Shown: positions 1-10,586, numbered from the stretch's first letter. The stretch is 64,000 bases of DNA from Candidatus Omnitrophota bacterium (GCA_022709525.1 JAKLIQ010000005.1:7626-71625); one strand, 5' to 3'. Translations and numbers: made by a program. Notes: generated from the letters alone by a model not told the origin.

Positions 1-121
1 TTCCGGAGAACACGCTCAAAGAATTGATCCGGGAAAAAAAGACGCTGGATCGGCTGGTAAGCTTGAAAAAGCAGTTTCGAAAATGATCTAGTGCGGTGGG
101 AAGAGATTTGGAAATTGAAAT

Positions 122-1174
122 CTACTTGCTGGAAAAAACGCCCATTTTGCGGAATTTCTGGTAACGGTGTTCGGGTAATTCCTTCTTCGGTATTTTTTTA
201 AGTTCCTCTAACGCTTTGTCGACGGCCTTGCGGAGATTCTCCGCCGTCGCATTGAAATCCCGGTGAGCTCCGCCAAGCGGCTCGGGGATCACATCGTCGA
301 TCAGGCCGAGGCCAAGCAGGTCTTGTCCCGTTAACTTCAGCGCGGCTGCGGCATCGGGCGCGCGCGTCGGCTCTTTCCAGAGGATCGCGGCACAACCTTC
401 GGGCGAGATCACGGAATAATAAGCATTCTCCATCACAAAGATCCTATCCCCCACCCCGATCCCAAGCGCTCCGCCGCTGCCGCCCTCGCCGATCACGATA
501 CAGATGATCGGAACCTTGAGTTCGCCCATTTCTCTGAGGTTGTAGGCGATCGCTTCGGCCTGACCCCGCTCCTCCGCCCCGACGCCCGGATAAGCGCCCG
601 GCGTGTCGATAAAACAGAGGATGGGGAGATCGTGTTTTTCGGCAAGACGCATGACCCGCATGGCTTTGCGGTAACCCTCCGGATGAGCGCTTCCGAAACT
701 TCTCATAAGATTTTCTTTGGTATCGCGGCCTTTTTGGTGCCCGATGATGCAGACCGGCTCTTTCCCGTTCCACTTCGCGATCCCCGTCACGATAGCCCGG
801 TCATCGCTGAAACGGCGGTCGCCGTGGATCTCAACAAAATCCGTTGTCAGGTAATTGACATAATCCAGCGTGTAGGGGCGGAGCGGGTGGCGGGCGACCT
901 GGACGCGTTGCCAAGGGGTCAGATGGTCAAAAACATCCTGGATGGCCTTTTCGAGTTTTTTTTCGGCGCTTTTGATCTCGCCGGAAAGATCGATGCCGTC
1001 GTGGCTGATCTTGCGAAGTTCGTTGATCTTTTTTTCCATTTCGACGACCGGCCGCTCGAAAGGAAGGCAGGCGTCAAAAATATCACGGGTCCCGAGCTTG
1101 ATCTTTTCTTTGACCTCGGCCGTTTCGGGAACGGATTTACCGTTGCTTTTTTTCTTTTTATTTTTCTTCTGCAT
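122..1174 (-). CDS. accA: Acetyl-CoA carboxylase carboxyltransferase alpha subunit
   Basis: AccA-like carboxyltransferase sequence throughout (e.g. GGSGGALGIGVGDRIFVMENAYYSVISPEGCAAILW). Real ATG at 1172-1174 (MQKKNKKKK...). The track extension to 1261 overlaps the next gene's stop. Confidence 0.9.
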   Translation of the reverse strand: MQKKNKKKKSNGKSVPETAEVKEKIKLGTRDIFDACLPFERPVVEMEKKINELRKISHDGIDLSGEIKSAEKKLEKAIQDVFDHLTPWQRVQVARHPLRPYTLDYVNYLTTDFVEIHGDRRFSDDRAIVTGIAKWNGKEPVCIIGHQKGRDTKENLMRSFGSAHPEGYRKAMRVMRLAEKHDLPILCFIDTPGAYPGVGAEERGQAEAIAYNLREMGELKVPIICIVIGEGGSGGALGIGVGDRIFVMENAYYSVISPEGCAAILWKEPTRAPDAAAALKLTGQDLLGLGLIDDVIPEPLGGAHRDFNATAENLRKAVDKALEELKKIPKKELPEHRYQKFRKMGVFSSK

Positions 1175-1179
1175 AAAAA

Positions 1180-2148
1180 TTAATCCTGGACGGTGACTTT
1201 TGCGCCGGAGGGCACGATGCCGTAAAGCTCCTCGACATCCTCGTTCAGCATACGGATACAACCTTCGGACGCCTGGGTTCCGATGCTCTTTGGCTCGATC
1301 GTCCCGTGGATCCCGTAACCCGGCTTGTCAAAACCCATCCAACGGGTCCCCAGGGCGTTCTCGGGGCTACCCGGAGGAAGGATCGCCCCCGTTTTAAACC
1401 AGGTGGGGTTCAAGAGCTTGTCCGTGATCTTGAACTCCCCGACAGGTGTGCAGTTGTTTTTGCCGGTCGCGACGGTATATTTTTTAAGGGGCAGGTCTTT
1501 GGAGTAAAGCGTCAGCGTGTTTTTTGATTTATCGATCACGATCGAAAAGGGCGCCGTATAGATCTTAAGTTTCATCTTCGGGTAAATGCTGTCGCTTTGA
1601 AGGCCGTTGATCTTCTTGATGAGATCGACGGTGGTGTGGTTCTTACGCGCGATCACATACAAGCTATCTCCCGGTTTAACGGTATAGGAAATGCTCTCCG
1701 GCGTGATCTCTTTGGAGAATAAATTCTTCCAGCGCTCCTTCATCTCGGCTGTGTTGATCGCGGGTACCGGTTCGGCTTTGGGGCGGGCTGAAGAAACGGA
1801 CGGGGTTTTCTTTTCAGGAACCGAAGAGGATGCGGCGGCCTTGGAAAGCTCGGCCGTTGTCGGGGTAGTTTGAAATTCTCCCGGAGGTACTAAACCGTCC
1901 AGTTTTTTCGTATCCGCAATGGTCGCAACGGGCGCCGGCGCGGCTTCATCTAAAAGAATATCTTCTTTTTTTACCGTGTCTTCATTGGCCTTTGAAAATT
2001 CTTCGGCCGCGGGGCTTTTTTCCGGGTCCAATCTGCTCAAGGTCTTGTCGACTGCTTCTTCCCCTTTTGTTTCATCCAGGGCGGATCCAGTAGCCGGGAC
2101 AAGAAAAAAACCTACGATCAAAAAAACGAGAAGGATATTTTTTTTCAT
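1180..2148 (-). CDS. LysM domain plus L,D-transpeptidase (YkuD-like) secreted protein
   Basis: N-terminal signal peptide. LysM block (YTVKPGDSLYVIARKNHTTVDLIKKINGL). C-terminal LD-transpeptidase catalytic motif (HGT...SEGCIRM). Confidence 0.8.
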   Translation of the reverse strand: MKKNILLVFLIVGFFLVPATGSALDETKGEEAVDKTLSRLDPEKSPAAEEFSKANEDTVKKEDILLDEAAPAPVATIADTKKLDGLVPPGEFQTTPTTAELSKAAASSSVPEKKTPSVSSARPKAEPVPAINTAEMKERWKNLFSKEITPESISYTVKPGDSLYVIARKNHTTVDLIKKINGLQSDSIYPKMKLKIYTAPFSIVIDKSKNTLTLYSKDLPLKKYTVATGKNNCTPVGEFKITDKLLNPTWFKTGAILPPGSPENALGTRWMGFDKPGYGIHGTIEPKSIGTQASEGCIRMLNEDVEELYGIVPSGAKVTVQD

Positions 2149-2164
2149 GTTATCTGCGTTCCCC

Positions 2165-2617
2165 TTATCTGCAAAAAAGAAGCGCGATCACGATCCCCAA
2201 GGCCGCGCCGGCGATCACTTCGAAAGGTGTATGCCCGAGAAGCTCCTTGAGGCGTTTTTCGGGAACAGCTCCTTTGGCGTAAAATTCGTCGACCATCTCA
2301 TTGAGGATCTTTCCCTGCCATCCCAGATGGCGGCGAACACCCGCTGCGTCGAACATCGTGATAAGGCACAGGATCAATCCGATCAGAAACGGAATGCTGT
2401 TAAAACCATAATAAAGCCCCACCGCCGCAGCAAGACTCGCCACAGTCGCCGAGTGAGCGCTCGGCATCCCGCCCGTGTCAAAAAGCCAGCGGACATCAAA
2501 TTTTTTCTTGCTTGCCCCGCTTAAGATCACTTTGAGGATCTGGGCGACAAACCAGCTTAAAAAAACCGCAATAAACGCTTTTTCGCTCTGAAACGGGGGG
2601 TTTATGACTGCGATCAT
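2165..2617 (-). CDS. Divergent PAP2 family membrane protein
   Basis: 150-aa polytopic membrane protein with the DUF212/divergent PAP2 signature (GGMPSAHSATVASLAAAVGLYYG...FDAAGVRR). Confidence 0.65.
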   Translation of the reverse strand: MIAVINPPFQSEKAFIAVFLSWFVAQILKVILSGASKKKFDVRWLFDTGGMPSAHSATVASLAAAVGLYYGFNSIPFLIGLILCLITMFDAAGVRRHLGWQGKILNEMVDEFYAKGAVPEKRLKELLGHTPFEVIAGAALGIVIALLFCR

Positions 2618-2805
2618 GGATTTTAGGACCCTTCGGAAACCAGAAAAGGATTGACGTTGTTCCTATTTATGCTTTATAATCATAAATAATATGAATTTAA
2701 GAAAAGTCTCCCCATTGGTCTTCCGCAAAGGGAGGATTATTATAGGTTCGGTATGTTTAAAAAGCAAGTTTGTTTCTTGCTGCCAAATAGAGGGATAAAA
2801 CCGGC

Positions 2806-3879
2806 ATGATACGTCTTCGAAGCGCCTTTGCCCTGGGGATCCACGCCTTCCCCGTGGATATCGAGGTGGATATTAGTAACGGTCTTCCTCAACTCATTCT
2901 TGTGGGGCTCCCCGACGCCAGCATCAAGGAGGCGCGGGAACGGGTCCGGACGGCGCTCAAAAACAGCGGTTTTCACATACCGCCCGACAAGATCACGATC
3001 AATCTCGCTCCGGCCGATATCAAAAAGGAGGGGGCAGCTTTTGATTTTCCAATCGCGCTCGGGATCCTGGCTTGCCATGGCGTCATTCCCCCCGAAAGCC
3101 TCGCCGCTCATACTTTTCTCGGGGAACTTGCGCTTGATGGAACTCTTCGCCCCTTAAAAGGCGTTATTGCGATCACAACGGGCTTAAAGGAATCTTCCTT
3201 TATCCTCCCGTTTGAAAACGCCGAAGAAGCGGCATTAGCTAGAGACATCACGATTTATCCGGTTAAAAATTTGAGGGAAACGGTGGATTTTTTACTTGGA
3301 AATCAGGTTGTCGAACCTCTGCGGAACCTTCCCTACCGAAGCAAGGTTCCTTCCCAGAACTCCCTTGATTTTTCGGAGATCCGCGGACAACAGGCCGCTA
3401 AACGCGCTTTGGAGATCGCGGTCGCCGGAGATCACAAGATCCTTTTTATCGGACCGCCGGGCAGCGGGAAAACCATGCTCGCGAAGCGCATTCCGACCGT
3501 TTTTCCTCCTATGAGTCCTGAAGAAGCCCTAGAGGTCACCAAGATACACAGTGTGGCAGGGTTGATAACCCAGGCGGGCGGTCTGGCTCTCGAAAGGCCT
3601 TTTCGCGCACCTCATTATACGGCATCGGCGGTTGCCTTAACGGGAGGCGGCACTTCCCCTCGTCCCGGAGAAATGTCTCTTTCTCACGGCGGGGTCCTTT
3701 TCCTTGATGAACTTCCGGAGTTCCGACGTGATGTGCTGGAAACGCTTCGAAGCCCGCTCGAAGATGGTTGTATTACGGTTTCACGCGCCAAAAGCCAGGT
3801 CACATTCCCTGCCAATTTCTTGCTCGTTGCGGCCATGAACCCCTGTCCTTGCGAGAGTTATCGCCAACTACTGGTATGA
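2806..3879 (+). pseudogene. comM: comM/yifB (Mg-chelatase-like AAA+ competence protein), 5' fragment disrupted by insertion
   Basis: YifB/ComM N-terminal Lon-like domain and Walker A ([12 protein letters not shown]). Homology stops at AAMNPCPC, where intact ComM continues with a Gly-rich and Zn-finger region. Here the frame reads ESYRQLLV* from inserted DNA. Confidence 0.8.
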
Positions 3880-5467
3880 CAACAGTAGCTTCTAGTGGGT
3901 GCTCTAAATCTTTATAAGTTACTTTTCTAACGAATCTCTTCAACGCCCCCTTACGCTGTTCTTCATCTGACTTATTCCATAACTTTCTAAGCTCGCGAGC
4001 AAAAACATATACGCTTTCAGCGTCTATTAGCTGACTTTTAGCCCTCTCCCATTTATTTTGAAAATCTTTGAGTTTTTCCTCATTCTCCGTGAACTCACCA
4101 TTAATTTCCTGCATCCTTTGTTTAAAATCGCTTGCAGTTAAATTTTGCTCTTCAAATGCTTCAAATAAAAAGGTTTTCTTCTTTTTAATTTTTTCGTTTC
4201 TTTCGCTCATCTTTTGAATTTCTTCTCTTAATAATCCTTCCGAGCTTCGTATATATTGATTATGTCGTTTAACTACATCCTCAACGCCCATTAAATTTAG
4301 ATTGTTATAAAAATCAATTACGGCTTCGCTTACGCAAGTTTCTACTAAGTTTTTTCTTATTGGGGTTGAAGTGCACGCGAGTAAACCTTTTTGATCTCGG
4401 GTATAACAACGATAGTAGGAATGTATTGTCCCGTCGGGCTTTCTGCTGGATTTCCCCTGCAAACTTCCTCCGCAATTTCCGCATTTTAGTTGCCCGGCCA
4501 ATTTATAAACTGTGTCAAACCGTACCCGCACCTGTTTTTTTGATTGTAGAATCTCTTGTACTTTATTAAAAACCTCATTTGCCACGATACCCTGATGCTG
4601 ACCATCCTTGATCAGCCAGTCTTTTTTGGGCACAACAAGCATTTTCCGGCCTTTCACCGGAGTTGTCCTCTTACCATACCAAACTTTTCCGATATAGACC
4701 GGCGTTTGAAGAATTCTTGAAAGAGAGTTACTGGTCCATGGCTGTCCTTCGCGGGTCCAAAATCTTTTTTCGTGAAGCGCATCTCTTACTTTTCTTACAC
4801 TATGCGTCTGGAGATACGTATCAAACATAAACCTGACAGCGTTAGCTTCCGGCTCATAAACATAAAGCTTTTTTTCTTCCTTGCAAGTTTTCCTAGCTAC
4901 GGGCCTTGCATCATCTTCATGCATTCCTTGTTTCAGTAATTTTTTCACCTCTTCATGGAATGTTGTATATCCAAAAGGAACGACTCCGCCATTCCATTTG
5001 CCTTCTTTTGTTCTTTGATACATTGCGAAACTTACTCGATTTCGAATATTATCTCTTTCTGATTCGGATATAAAATTTCCTGTTTTCAAAATGGGATTCT
5101 TATAACCACCGTTTTCGTTCCGCTTAATTCTTAGCCCATAATTAATCGCATAAAATTCGATATCAAACTCTTCAAATATCCCTATCCAATGGCTATTATC
5201 CCCTGAATCCCTGCTCAACCTTGAAGGTTCAGTAACAAGTACGGTTCCAACTTTTCCGTTTCTGATATCATTTAACAGTCTCGTCATTTCAGGACGGTCC
5301 AGGTCTCCCCCAGAGAACCCATCATCAACATATTGTTCAAATGGATTAAAACCTTGCCGCTCGCAGAAATCGCCGAGCCTTTTCTTTTGGGTGTTAATCG
5401 TTTCCCTCTCTCGCTGAATTTCTGTCGATACCCGGCAATAAACAGCCACTATTCTTTTGTCGTTCAT
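3800..5467 (-). CDS. Large serine recombinase (resolvase/invertase catalytic domain, recombinase domain, zinc-ribbon region)
   Basis: N-terminal [12 protein letters not shown]...[11 protein letters not shown] serine-recombinase catalytic motif. ~555 aa with a C-terminal Cys cluster (CGNCGG) and coiled-coil. ATG at 5465-5467. Confidence 0.9.
   Translation of the reverse strand: MNDKRIVAVYCRVSTEIQRERETINTQKKRLGDFCERQGFNPFEQYVDDGFSGGDLDRPEMTRLLNDIRNGKVGTVLVTEPSRLSRDSGDNSHWIGIFEEFDIEFYAINYGLRIKRNENGGYKNPILKTGNFISESERDNIRNRVSFAMYQRTKEGKWNGGVVPFGYTTFHEEVKKLLKQGMHEDDARPVARKTCKEEKKLYVYEPEANAVRFMFDTYLQTHSVRKVRDALHEKRFWTREGQPWTSNSLSRILQTPVYIGKVWYGKRTTPVKGRKMLVVPKKDWLIKDGQHQGIVANEVFNKVQEILQSKKQVRVRFDTVYKLAGQLKCGNCGGSLQGKSSRKPDGTIHSYYRCYTRDQKGLLACTSTPIRKNLVETCVSEAVIDFYNNLNLMGVEDVVKRHNQYIRSSEGLLREEIQKMSERNEKIKKKKTFLFEAFEEQNLTASDFKQRMQEINGEFTENEEKLKDFQNKWERAKSQLIDAESVYVFARELRKLWNKSDEEQRKGALKRFVRKVTYKDLEHPLEATVVIPVVGDNSRKDRGSWPQRARNWQGM
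3865..3895. repeat. Putative attL core: imperfect inverted repeat CTACTG-N9-CAGTAG at the comM/insert junction
   Basis: Sequence ccaaCTACTGgtatgacaaCAGTAGcttc lies at the point where comM homology ends and about 60 bp from the serine recombinase stop. Serine recombinase att cores are imperfect inverted repeats around a 2-bp crossover. Confidence 0.35.
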
Positions 5468-5814
5468 TTATCGCAACCTCCAATGCCCACTGATAGATAA
5501 AGTCGCGCAGCGAATCGAACCCTTCATGTGACTTTTCCTTAATATCATTAGATTCTTTTTCATTAGAGTGTTCCGGCTCGAAGCTGATTAAGACTTCGAC
5601 TTTTTGAAGTTTTACTCTTTTCCCTAATCTTGTTGTTTTGGTCTCTTGTCCCGTTCGAGAGATCTCGTGATCTCCCATTTTATCCACCCCCTTGGAAAGC
5701 GTTTAAGTGCGTCCCAAAGGGAAAATCTTCTGAAGCCGGGTTCTTCTCAGACCATTTTTATTTATCTTATGTGTCTATCAAATAGACACATATTATCAAA
5801 AAAATATATCCCCC

Positions 5815-6024
5815 TCAAGCTTTTTTCCTATACTTCAATGGGATCTTATCCGCGTTTCGTTTCTCGAGATACCGTTTTACTTCTTTTGTAGTAGTGAACC
5901 ATGTCAGGCCGATCTTGAAGCCTCTCAGACGTTTTCTATCGATGGCCTTCCGCAATCCGCCCCAAGTTAAACCATATTTTTGAGCTGCCTCATGCAACTC
6001 TATTGATCCAGGAGGAATCCGCAT
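5815..6024 (-). CDS. Excisionase/MerR-like helix-turn-helix DNA-binding protein (candidate RDF)
   Basis: 69-aa HTH protein (LHEAAQKYGLTWGGLRKAIDRKRLRGFKIG) immediately upstream of and co-directional with the recombinase. Confidence 0.55.
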   Translation of the reverse strand: MRIPPGSIELHEAAQKYGLTWGGLRKAIDRKRLRGFKIGLTWFTTTKEVKRYLEKRNADKIPLKYRKKA

Positions 6025-6165
6025 GCCCGTCTCTCTATTTTAAGTAAAAGCATTGGTTGCATTGTACTTAGAGACGGCACTGATTGTCATCTACTTTACA
6101 ACATAGGCAGCATCGCCGAACCCCTATGTGCATTCATTGGGGTTCGGACAACGCAAAGACTAGGC

Positions 6166-6765
6166 TTATTCCTTTGAAAGAGCGATCTGATCAATATAAA
6201 CCGCACCAGATTTCGGATTTGAATTCTGGTCATCAAAAACAATTACGAATTCATTGAGTGAAGACCAATCCTGAATGTGGCGGAACTTATCAAACGGGAT
6301 AGTGACTTTCTGCCACTTGTCGGTGATATTTCCCACAATATAGGCTGAAGGTTTATTACCTTTATCTTTTAGTTCGATCTTCAATCGCTTCGTGAATCCA
6401 AGCTTTGCATCCCCTTTAATGTAAAACGTCAGGGAATTATAAGGGCTCGCATCCACCCCATTCAATTTCATCCAAAAACCGTTGTACGCAGGATTGGGTG
6501 AATCCACATCATAGTCCAAGCGAATCGAATAGCCGGCCCTATCACCCAAAGCATCATCCGACTCAAATTTCATCTCAGCCTTTTGAGTACTGTCATCCGG
6601 ATCCTTGTTCCATACGCCGAAATCGCCCCCGATATTATTTGGTTTGTCACCAGCATTGAAATCAGCAATGATCAATTCTTCCGCTGCGGCCATCACTTGC
6701 GATTGAAACGCAAAGGCCGCAACCATCATGCCCGTCAAAATGCCAATCATGAATTTCTGTCTCAT
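6166..6765 (-). CDS. Secreted carbohydrate-binding-module-like protein (CIA30/CBM11-like fold)
   Basis: Signal peptide (MRQKFMIGILTGMMVAAFAFQSQVMAAAEE). Single beta-sandwich-like domain with a CBM-like aromatic pattern. Assignment by resemblance only. Confidence 0.4.
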   Translation of the reverse strand: MRQKFMIGILTGMMVAAFAFQSQVMAAAEELIIADFNAGDKPNNIGGDFGVWNKDPDDSTQKAEMKFESDDALGDRAGYSIRLDYDVDSPNPAYNGFWMKLNGVDASPYNSLTFYIKGDAKLGFTKRLKIELKDKGNKPSAYIVGNITDKWQKVTIPFDKFRHIQDWSSLNEFVIVFDDQNSNPKSGAVYIDQIALSKE

Positions 6766-6835
6766 TTTACTTACTCCTTTCTTTGAATTGCCTTTCCCAT
6801 GCTTTGAATTCGAAAAAGGCCTTGCGTTTGTTTTC

Positions 6836-7477
6836 CTAAAAAATACTGGTAATTACCCCGCCAATTGCTCCATATTTGAATTTGGCAATTATTTTTTTCA
6901 AATCCGAATCTTCGCTGTATTGCCTCAGCGCCGTCTTAGTAACCGATTCAACAATAACTTTCGTTGTTTCTTCGGTTATGGGAGTTATCGCCTGCTGTTT
7001 ATGTTGACCGCTTGCAGTTCTTTGATAAATTTTTTGCCCGACTTCATCCAAAACGGTCAACTCAAGGATCATTTCCGCTTCAATGAGATGCGCCAGAGCA
7101 TCTGCCGCGAATATTCTGAGAGATTTGATTTTTAAGATGATGACGCCCTTCATCTTTTTCTTAGTCGTGATCAATTTTATGGAATCGGTTTCATTGAGTT
7201 GGACACGCACCACATCGAGTCCGACCTTTTCATTAATGTAGCGAATCAAACGATCCCCTACTAAATCAGTAAGATCGCTTTTCTTAACAATGATCGCGGC
7301 CGAGTCAATCACTCCTATCTTTTCACTAGCCCTTTCATCTATGGTATTCACCACCCCAACCGATAGCTTTTGATTCGGAGGCAACGAAATATCGGCATCT
7401 GATTTTTTTGAGAGCTTAGTCGCCGCACATCCGGAAAACGCTATAAAGCATAAAATTAAAAAAATCATTTTCCTCAT
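6836..7477 (-). CDS. Hypothetical lipoprotein
   Basis: Lipobox (LCFIAFSGCAAT). No recognised domain. Confidence 0.45.
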   Translation of the reverse strand: MRKMIFLILCFIAFSGCAATKLSKKSDADISLPPNQKLSVGVVNTIDERASEKIGVIDSAAIIVKKSDLTDLVGDRLIRYINEKVGLDVVRVQLNETDSIKLITTKKKMKGVIILKIKSLRIFAADALAHLIEAEMILELTVLDEVGQKIYQRTASGQHKQQAITPITEETTKVIVESVTKTALRQYSEDSDLKKIIAKFKYGAIGGVITSIF

Positions 7478-8658
7478 CGCTCTTTCTCCTGCTTCTCTTG
7501 AGCTTGATGACCAAGACCGGCCTCACGGTTAACGTGATTTTGCAAGAATAGCTGCTTCCCGCGTTCGATCTCTCTCTCGAGCTCTTCCGGTTTAGGTAAT
7601 TGAAGCTGGTATTTGGAGACGAAGATTTTGTTATTGAGGCCGCCAGTCGCGTATCTGACGGTTGTATTGTTCTTGTCGGAACAGAGAATGATGCCTATCG
7701 GGTCATTTTCCGCTTTCGGCAGAACATTCTCTTTTACCCAATTGACATAAAAGTTGGTTTGACCGGCATGAGAATGCGTGAACTTGGTAAGTTTCAGCTC
7801 AAGAACTATATAGGCCTTCAACAGAATGTTGTAGAGCAACAAATCGATTCGGTATTCATCGCCATCCACAGCAAATCTTTTTTGACGAGCCATAAATGCA
7901 AATCCCCGGCCAAGTTCCAGGAGGAAATTCTCAAGATGGCGAATCAGCGCATCTTCAAGATCTGATTCTGCGTAATCTTTTTTTAGCCCGAGAAAATCTA
8001 AAACATAGGAGTCTTTTACCTCATCTTCAGGTTTTGCAACGATTGGATTCTCGTTAGCTCTGGCAAGCACGAGATCTTTACGCTTCGATAATGCTGTTCT
8101 TTCATAAAGCAGCGCATTGATTTCCCGGTCAAGCTGCCGAACCGACCAGTGATTCTGAACAGAAAGAGCGTTATAGAAGGCCCTTTTTTCGGGTTCTTCG
8201 ATTCGTATGAGAAGCCGGTAATGAGACCATGAGAGAGTAAAGTAGGCATTGATCTCTCGAAGGAGATACGGGAATTGGCCACACAGTGTGTGGCCTTTTT
8301 GGAGCGCCATCTGGATGGAAGGCTTAAACCCATCTTGGCGATAGGTGAGATAAAATTGCCGTACCGTTTTAAGCTGCGTGAAACCGAACCCATTACCATA
8401 TCTTTTCGTAAGTTCTTGGGCGAGATTCTGTAAGATCTCTTCCCCGTAAGCGGCCCTTTCCTTGCCTCCCTGCTCAAATTCAACGATTCTCATCCCGATC
8501 ATCCAATAAGTTGCGATCAGCGTCGTATTGATTTGTCGAACCGCGGCCTTTCTTCCTTCTTCAATCAGTGCCGAAATGCTAGCGAAAAGCTCTTGGTACT
8601 CTGCGGGCCGCTTCGTTAACTCCTTTCCTTTTTTTATAAGGACATTTTTTTCATGCAT
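7474..8658 (-). CDS. DUF1016/YhcG-family PDDEXK nuclease-like protein
   Basis: YhcG-like N-terminal helical region (IATYWMIGMRIVEFEQ...) and C-terminal PD-(D/E)xK-like core (DLLLYNILLKAYIVLELK). Start chosen at MHEKN, position 8658. The track ORF extends to 8763. Confidence 0.65.
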   Translation of the reverse strand: MHEKNVLIKKGKELTKRPAEYQELFASISALIEEGRKAAVRQINTTLIATYWMIGMRIVEFEQGGKERAAYGEEILQNLAQELTKRYGNGFGFTQLKTVRQFYLTYRQDGFKPSIQMALQKGHTLCGQFPYLLREINAYFTLSWSHYRLLIRIEEPEKRAFYNALSVQNHWSVRQLDREINALLYERTALSKRKDLVLARANENPIVAKPEDEVKDSYVLDFLGLKKDYAESDLEDALIRHLENFLLELGRGFAFMARQKRFAVDGDEYRIDLLLYNILLKAYIVLELKLTKFTHSHAGQTNFYVNWVKENVLPKAENDPIGIILCSDKNNTTVRYATGGLNNKIFVSKYQLQLPKPEELEREIERGKQLFLQNHVNREAGLGHQAQEKQEKER

Positions 8659-9445
8659 TTTTGCGATCCTCTCTTGAGATGCATTCGGGAGCCCGCTTAT
8701 CGAAATGTCTTCTTGCTCCTTCATAGGACTCGATCGAACCGATATCAAACCATGCCCCGTCAAAATCCACGCCGTGAAGAGTTTCTTTCGTATTGAGCCA
8801 TGCGAAGAAGTCTCCGATCTTGTCCGGATTCAAGTTCTCGATCTCGAGATATTCCAGAACTCGCAGCTGGAATTTATTTGGGATGTAATAAACACCGATA
8901 CTTACCCGGGTCGATTTTGGATTTTCAGGTTTTTCCTGAAAGTCCGTGATCCGCGAGGCGTGATCGACTTCTACGACGCCGTATTGCGACGCGATGGATT
9001 TGTCTTTGACGTCATAGAGTCCCACAAAAGCGTGGTCCTTATGTCCAACGCAGTAAAGATCGATAAAATGCGTAAGCGGGTAATCGAAGTAATTGTCTCC
9101 ACACAAAACAACATATCCATCTGGATAGTCCTGCCCGGCTTGAATGCCGAGCCGAAGATCCTGGACTGCCCCCAATCTTTTCTCAGGCTCGTACACGTCA
9201 TTTTCTATGATCTGAAGCGGCTTTCGCGCGCAAGAAACTCTTTTCTTTGCCCACTCCATAAAATCAAGAGCAAAACGGCTATTAGTCACTAAAACGATCT
9301 TTTTAATGACTGGCGAGGCCTCCAATTTTTCGATCAAATGATCGAGAAGAGTTTTATCTCCGATTTCAAGAAGCGCCTTCGGCTTGAATTTGGTCAACGG
9401 GTAAAGACGGGTCCCGAAACCGGCCGCCAGAATAATTGCGTTCAT
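8651..9445 (-). CDS. Sugar-phosphate nucleotidyltransferase (NTP_transferase family)
   Basis: N-terminal MNAIILAAGFGTRLYPLT(K) nucleotidyltransferase G-rich loop. Start at ATG 9443-9445. Confidence 0.75.
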   Translation of the reverse strand: MNAIILAAGFGTRLYPLTKFKPKALLEIGDKTLLDHLIEKLEASPVIKKIVLVTNSRFALDFMEWAKKRVSCARKPLQIIENDVYEPEKRLGAVQDLRLGIQAGQDYPDGYVVLCGDNYFDYPLTHFIDLYCVGHKDHAFVGLYDVKDKSIASQYGVVEVDHASRITDFQEKPENPKSTRVSIGVYYIPNKFQLRVLEYLEIENLNPDKIGDFFAWLNTKETLHGVDFDGAWFDIGSIESYEGARRHFDKRAPECISREDRKNA

Positions 9446-9500
9446 TTGAAATGAATTCTCCTTTGAAAATTGAGTTCTTGAATTTGATAACACGATCTTT

Positions 9501-10568
9501 TTATTTGCCCGGTTGGTCATTGGCTTTCTCCTTGTTTTGGCTTTTTGGATCGAGAGCCTTCGGATTGATGAATCTTGCGAGTTCTTCCCGTGAAGGCTTT
9601 TGGATTGCCGGGAGCTTAGGCTGTATCACCCTACGTTTTCCGCTGATCCTTATCCATGCGCGCATCCCGTACTTCACATTGGAAGGAAACTCATCAAGCT
9701 TGATTTCGCAAGGAATGACGTGCTTTACATTGAAAACTTTTTCCACCTCTTCAGTGGTCCGGGGACCAACACTCGTCACTTCTCCGGAATAGGTCTTCCA
9801 GGGGAACGCCCGAAATCGCGCTTTCACCGCGTTTCCCTGCGCGACTTTTTCCACTTCCTTTTCAGAGATCAGGATTTCAAGGAAAAAGCTCCGCGGGTCC
9901 GCGAATTCCAGAACAAAATCACCTTCCTTTAATAGATTTCCGATCGTAATCCCGGGATCGGTAAGCAGCATCCCATCGAAAGGCGCTCTCAGCTCAAGCG
10001 ATTCCACTCTCTCCTTCAAAAACTTCACTTCTCCTTCAACCGATTCGATCTCTTTCTGACGCATGGCAAGCTCTTCTGCGGCCTGCGTATAATCCAGCTC
10101 GGCCTTATCCGACTGAAGACGGCCGATAACGCCGTTCTCGAACAGAATATTCTTCCGGTCTTTGTCCTTTGCCAGGAACTCAACCTGCTTTTCGAGGCGT
10201 GTTTTATCGTGATTCAGGATTTCGAGGTTTAGTTTTCGTTCCTCGAACTTCCTTGAAAGTTCGGGGTTCTCAAAACGCACGAGCAACTCCCCTTTTTTTA
10301 CTATGTCTCCTTTTTTATGAAGAAGTTCTTTCAGGATCCCGGAACTCGTAAGTCCGATCCGAGCGAACCGATCCGCCTGAACAATGCCTTCCCCCTTGAT
10401 GTATCCCTTAGGCCAAAAAAGGAAAGCTATGCCTAAGACGAGAACGATCAGAAAAAGTCTCGTCTTCCATTTACTCGTCCCTTCCGTTTTCTCTTCAAAA
10501 AGGGCCGGCTCCTGCGTGTTTTGATTCTGTTCTTTCTCCGTTTTCTTGTTTGTCTCGTTGTCGCTCAT
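9501..10568 (-). CDS. HlyD-family membrane fusion protein (periplasmic adaptor)
   Basis: N-terminal TM helix, biotinyl/lipoyl-like hairpin (GEGIVQADRFARIGLTSSGILKELLHKKGDIVKKGELLVRFEN), long coiled coil, then a beta-barrel region. Confidence 0.8.
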   Translation of the reverse strand: MSDNETNKKTEKEQNQNTQEPALFEEKTEGTSKWKTRLFLIVLVLGIAFLFWPKGYIKGEGIVQADRFARIGLTSSGILKELLHKKGDIVKKGELLVRFENPELSRKFEERKLNLEILNHDKTRLEKQVEFLAKDKDRKNILFENGVIGRLQSDKAELDYTQAAEELAMRQKEIESVEGEVKFLKERVESLELRAPFDGMLLTDPGITIGNLLKEGDFVLEFADPRSFFLEILISEKEVEKVAQGNAVKARFRAFPWKTYSGEVTSVGPRTTEEVEKVFNVKHVIPCEIKLDEFPSNVKYGMRAWIRISGKRRVIQPKLPAIQKPSREELARFINPKALDPKSQNKEKANDQPGK

Positions 10569-10586
10569 TTCTTTTAGTTCCTCCTC

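Noticed and set aside
632-1183. 183-aa plus-strand ORF inside accA
   Set aside because: Antisense shadow of a strongly supported AccA reading frame. No motif of its own.
5394-5687. 97-aa minus-strand ORF overlapping the recombinase start
   Set aside because: Overlaps the recombinase N-terminus out of frame. No recognisable domain. Likely spurious.
6117-6150. Stem-loop CCGAACCCC...GGGGTTCGG downstream of the CBM-like gene
   Set aside because: Good hairpin but no U-tract on the gene strand. Left as uncalled possible terminator.
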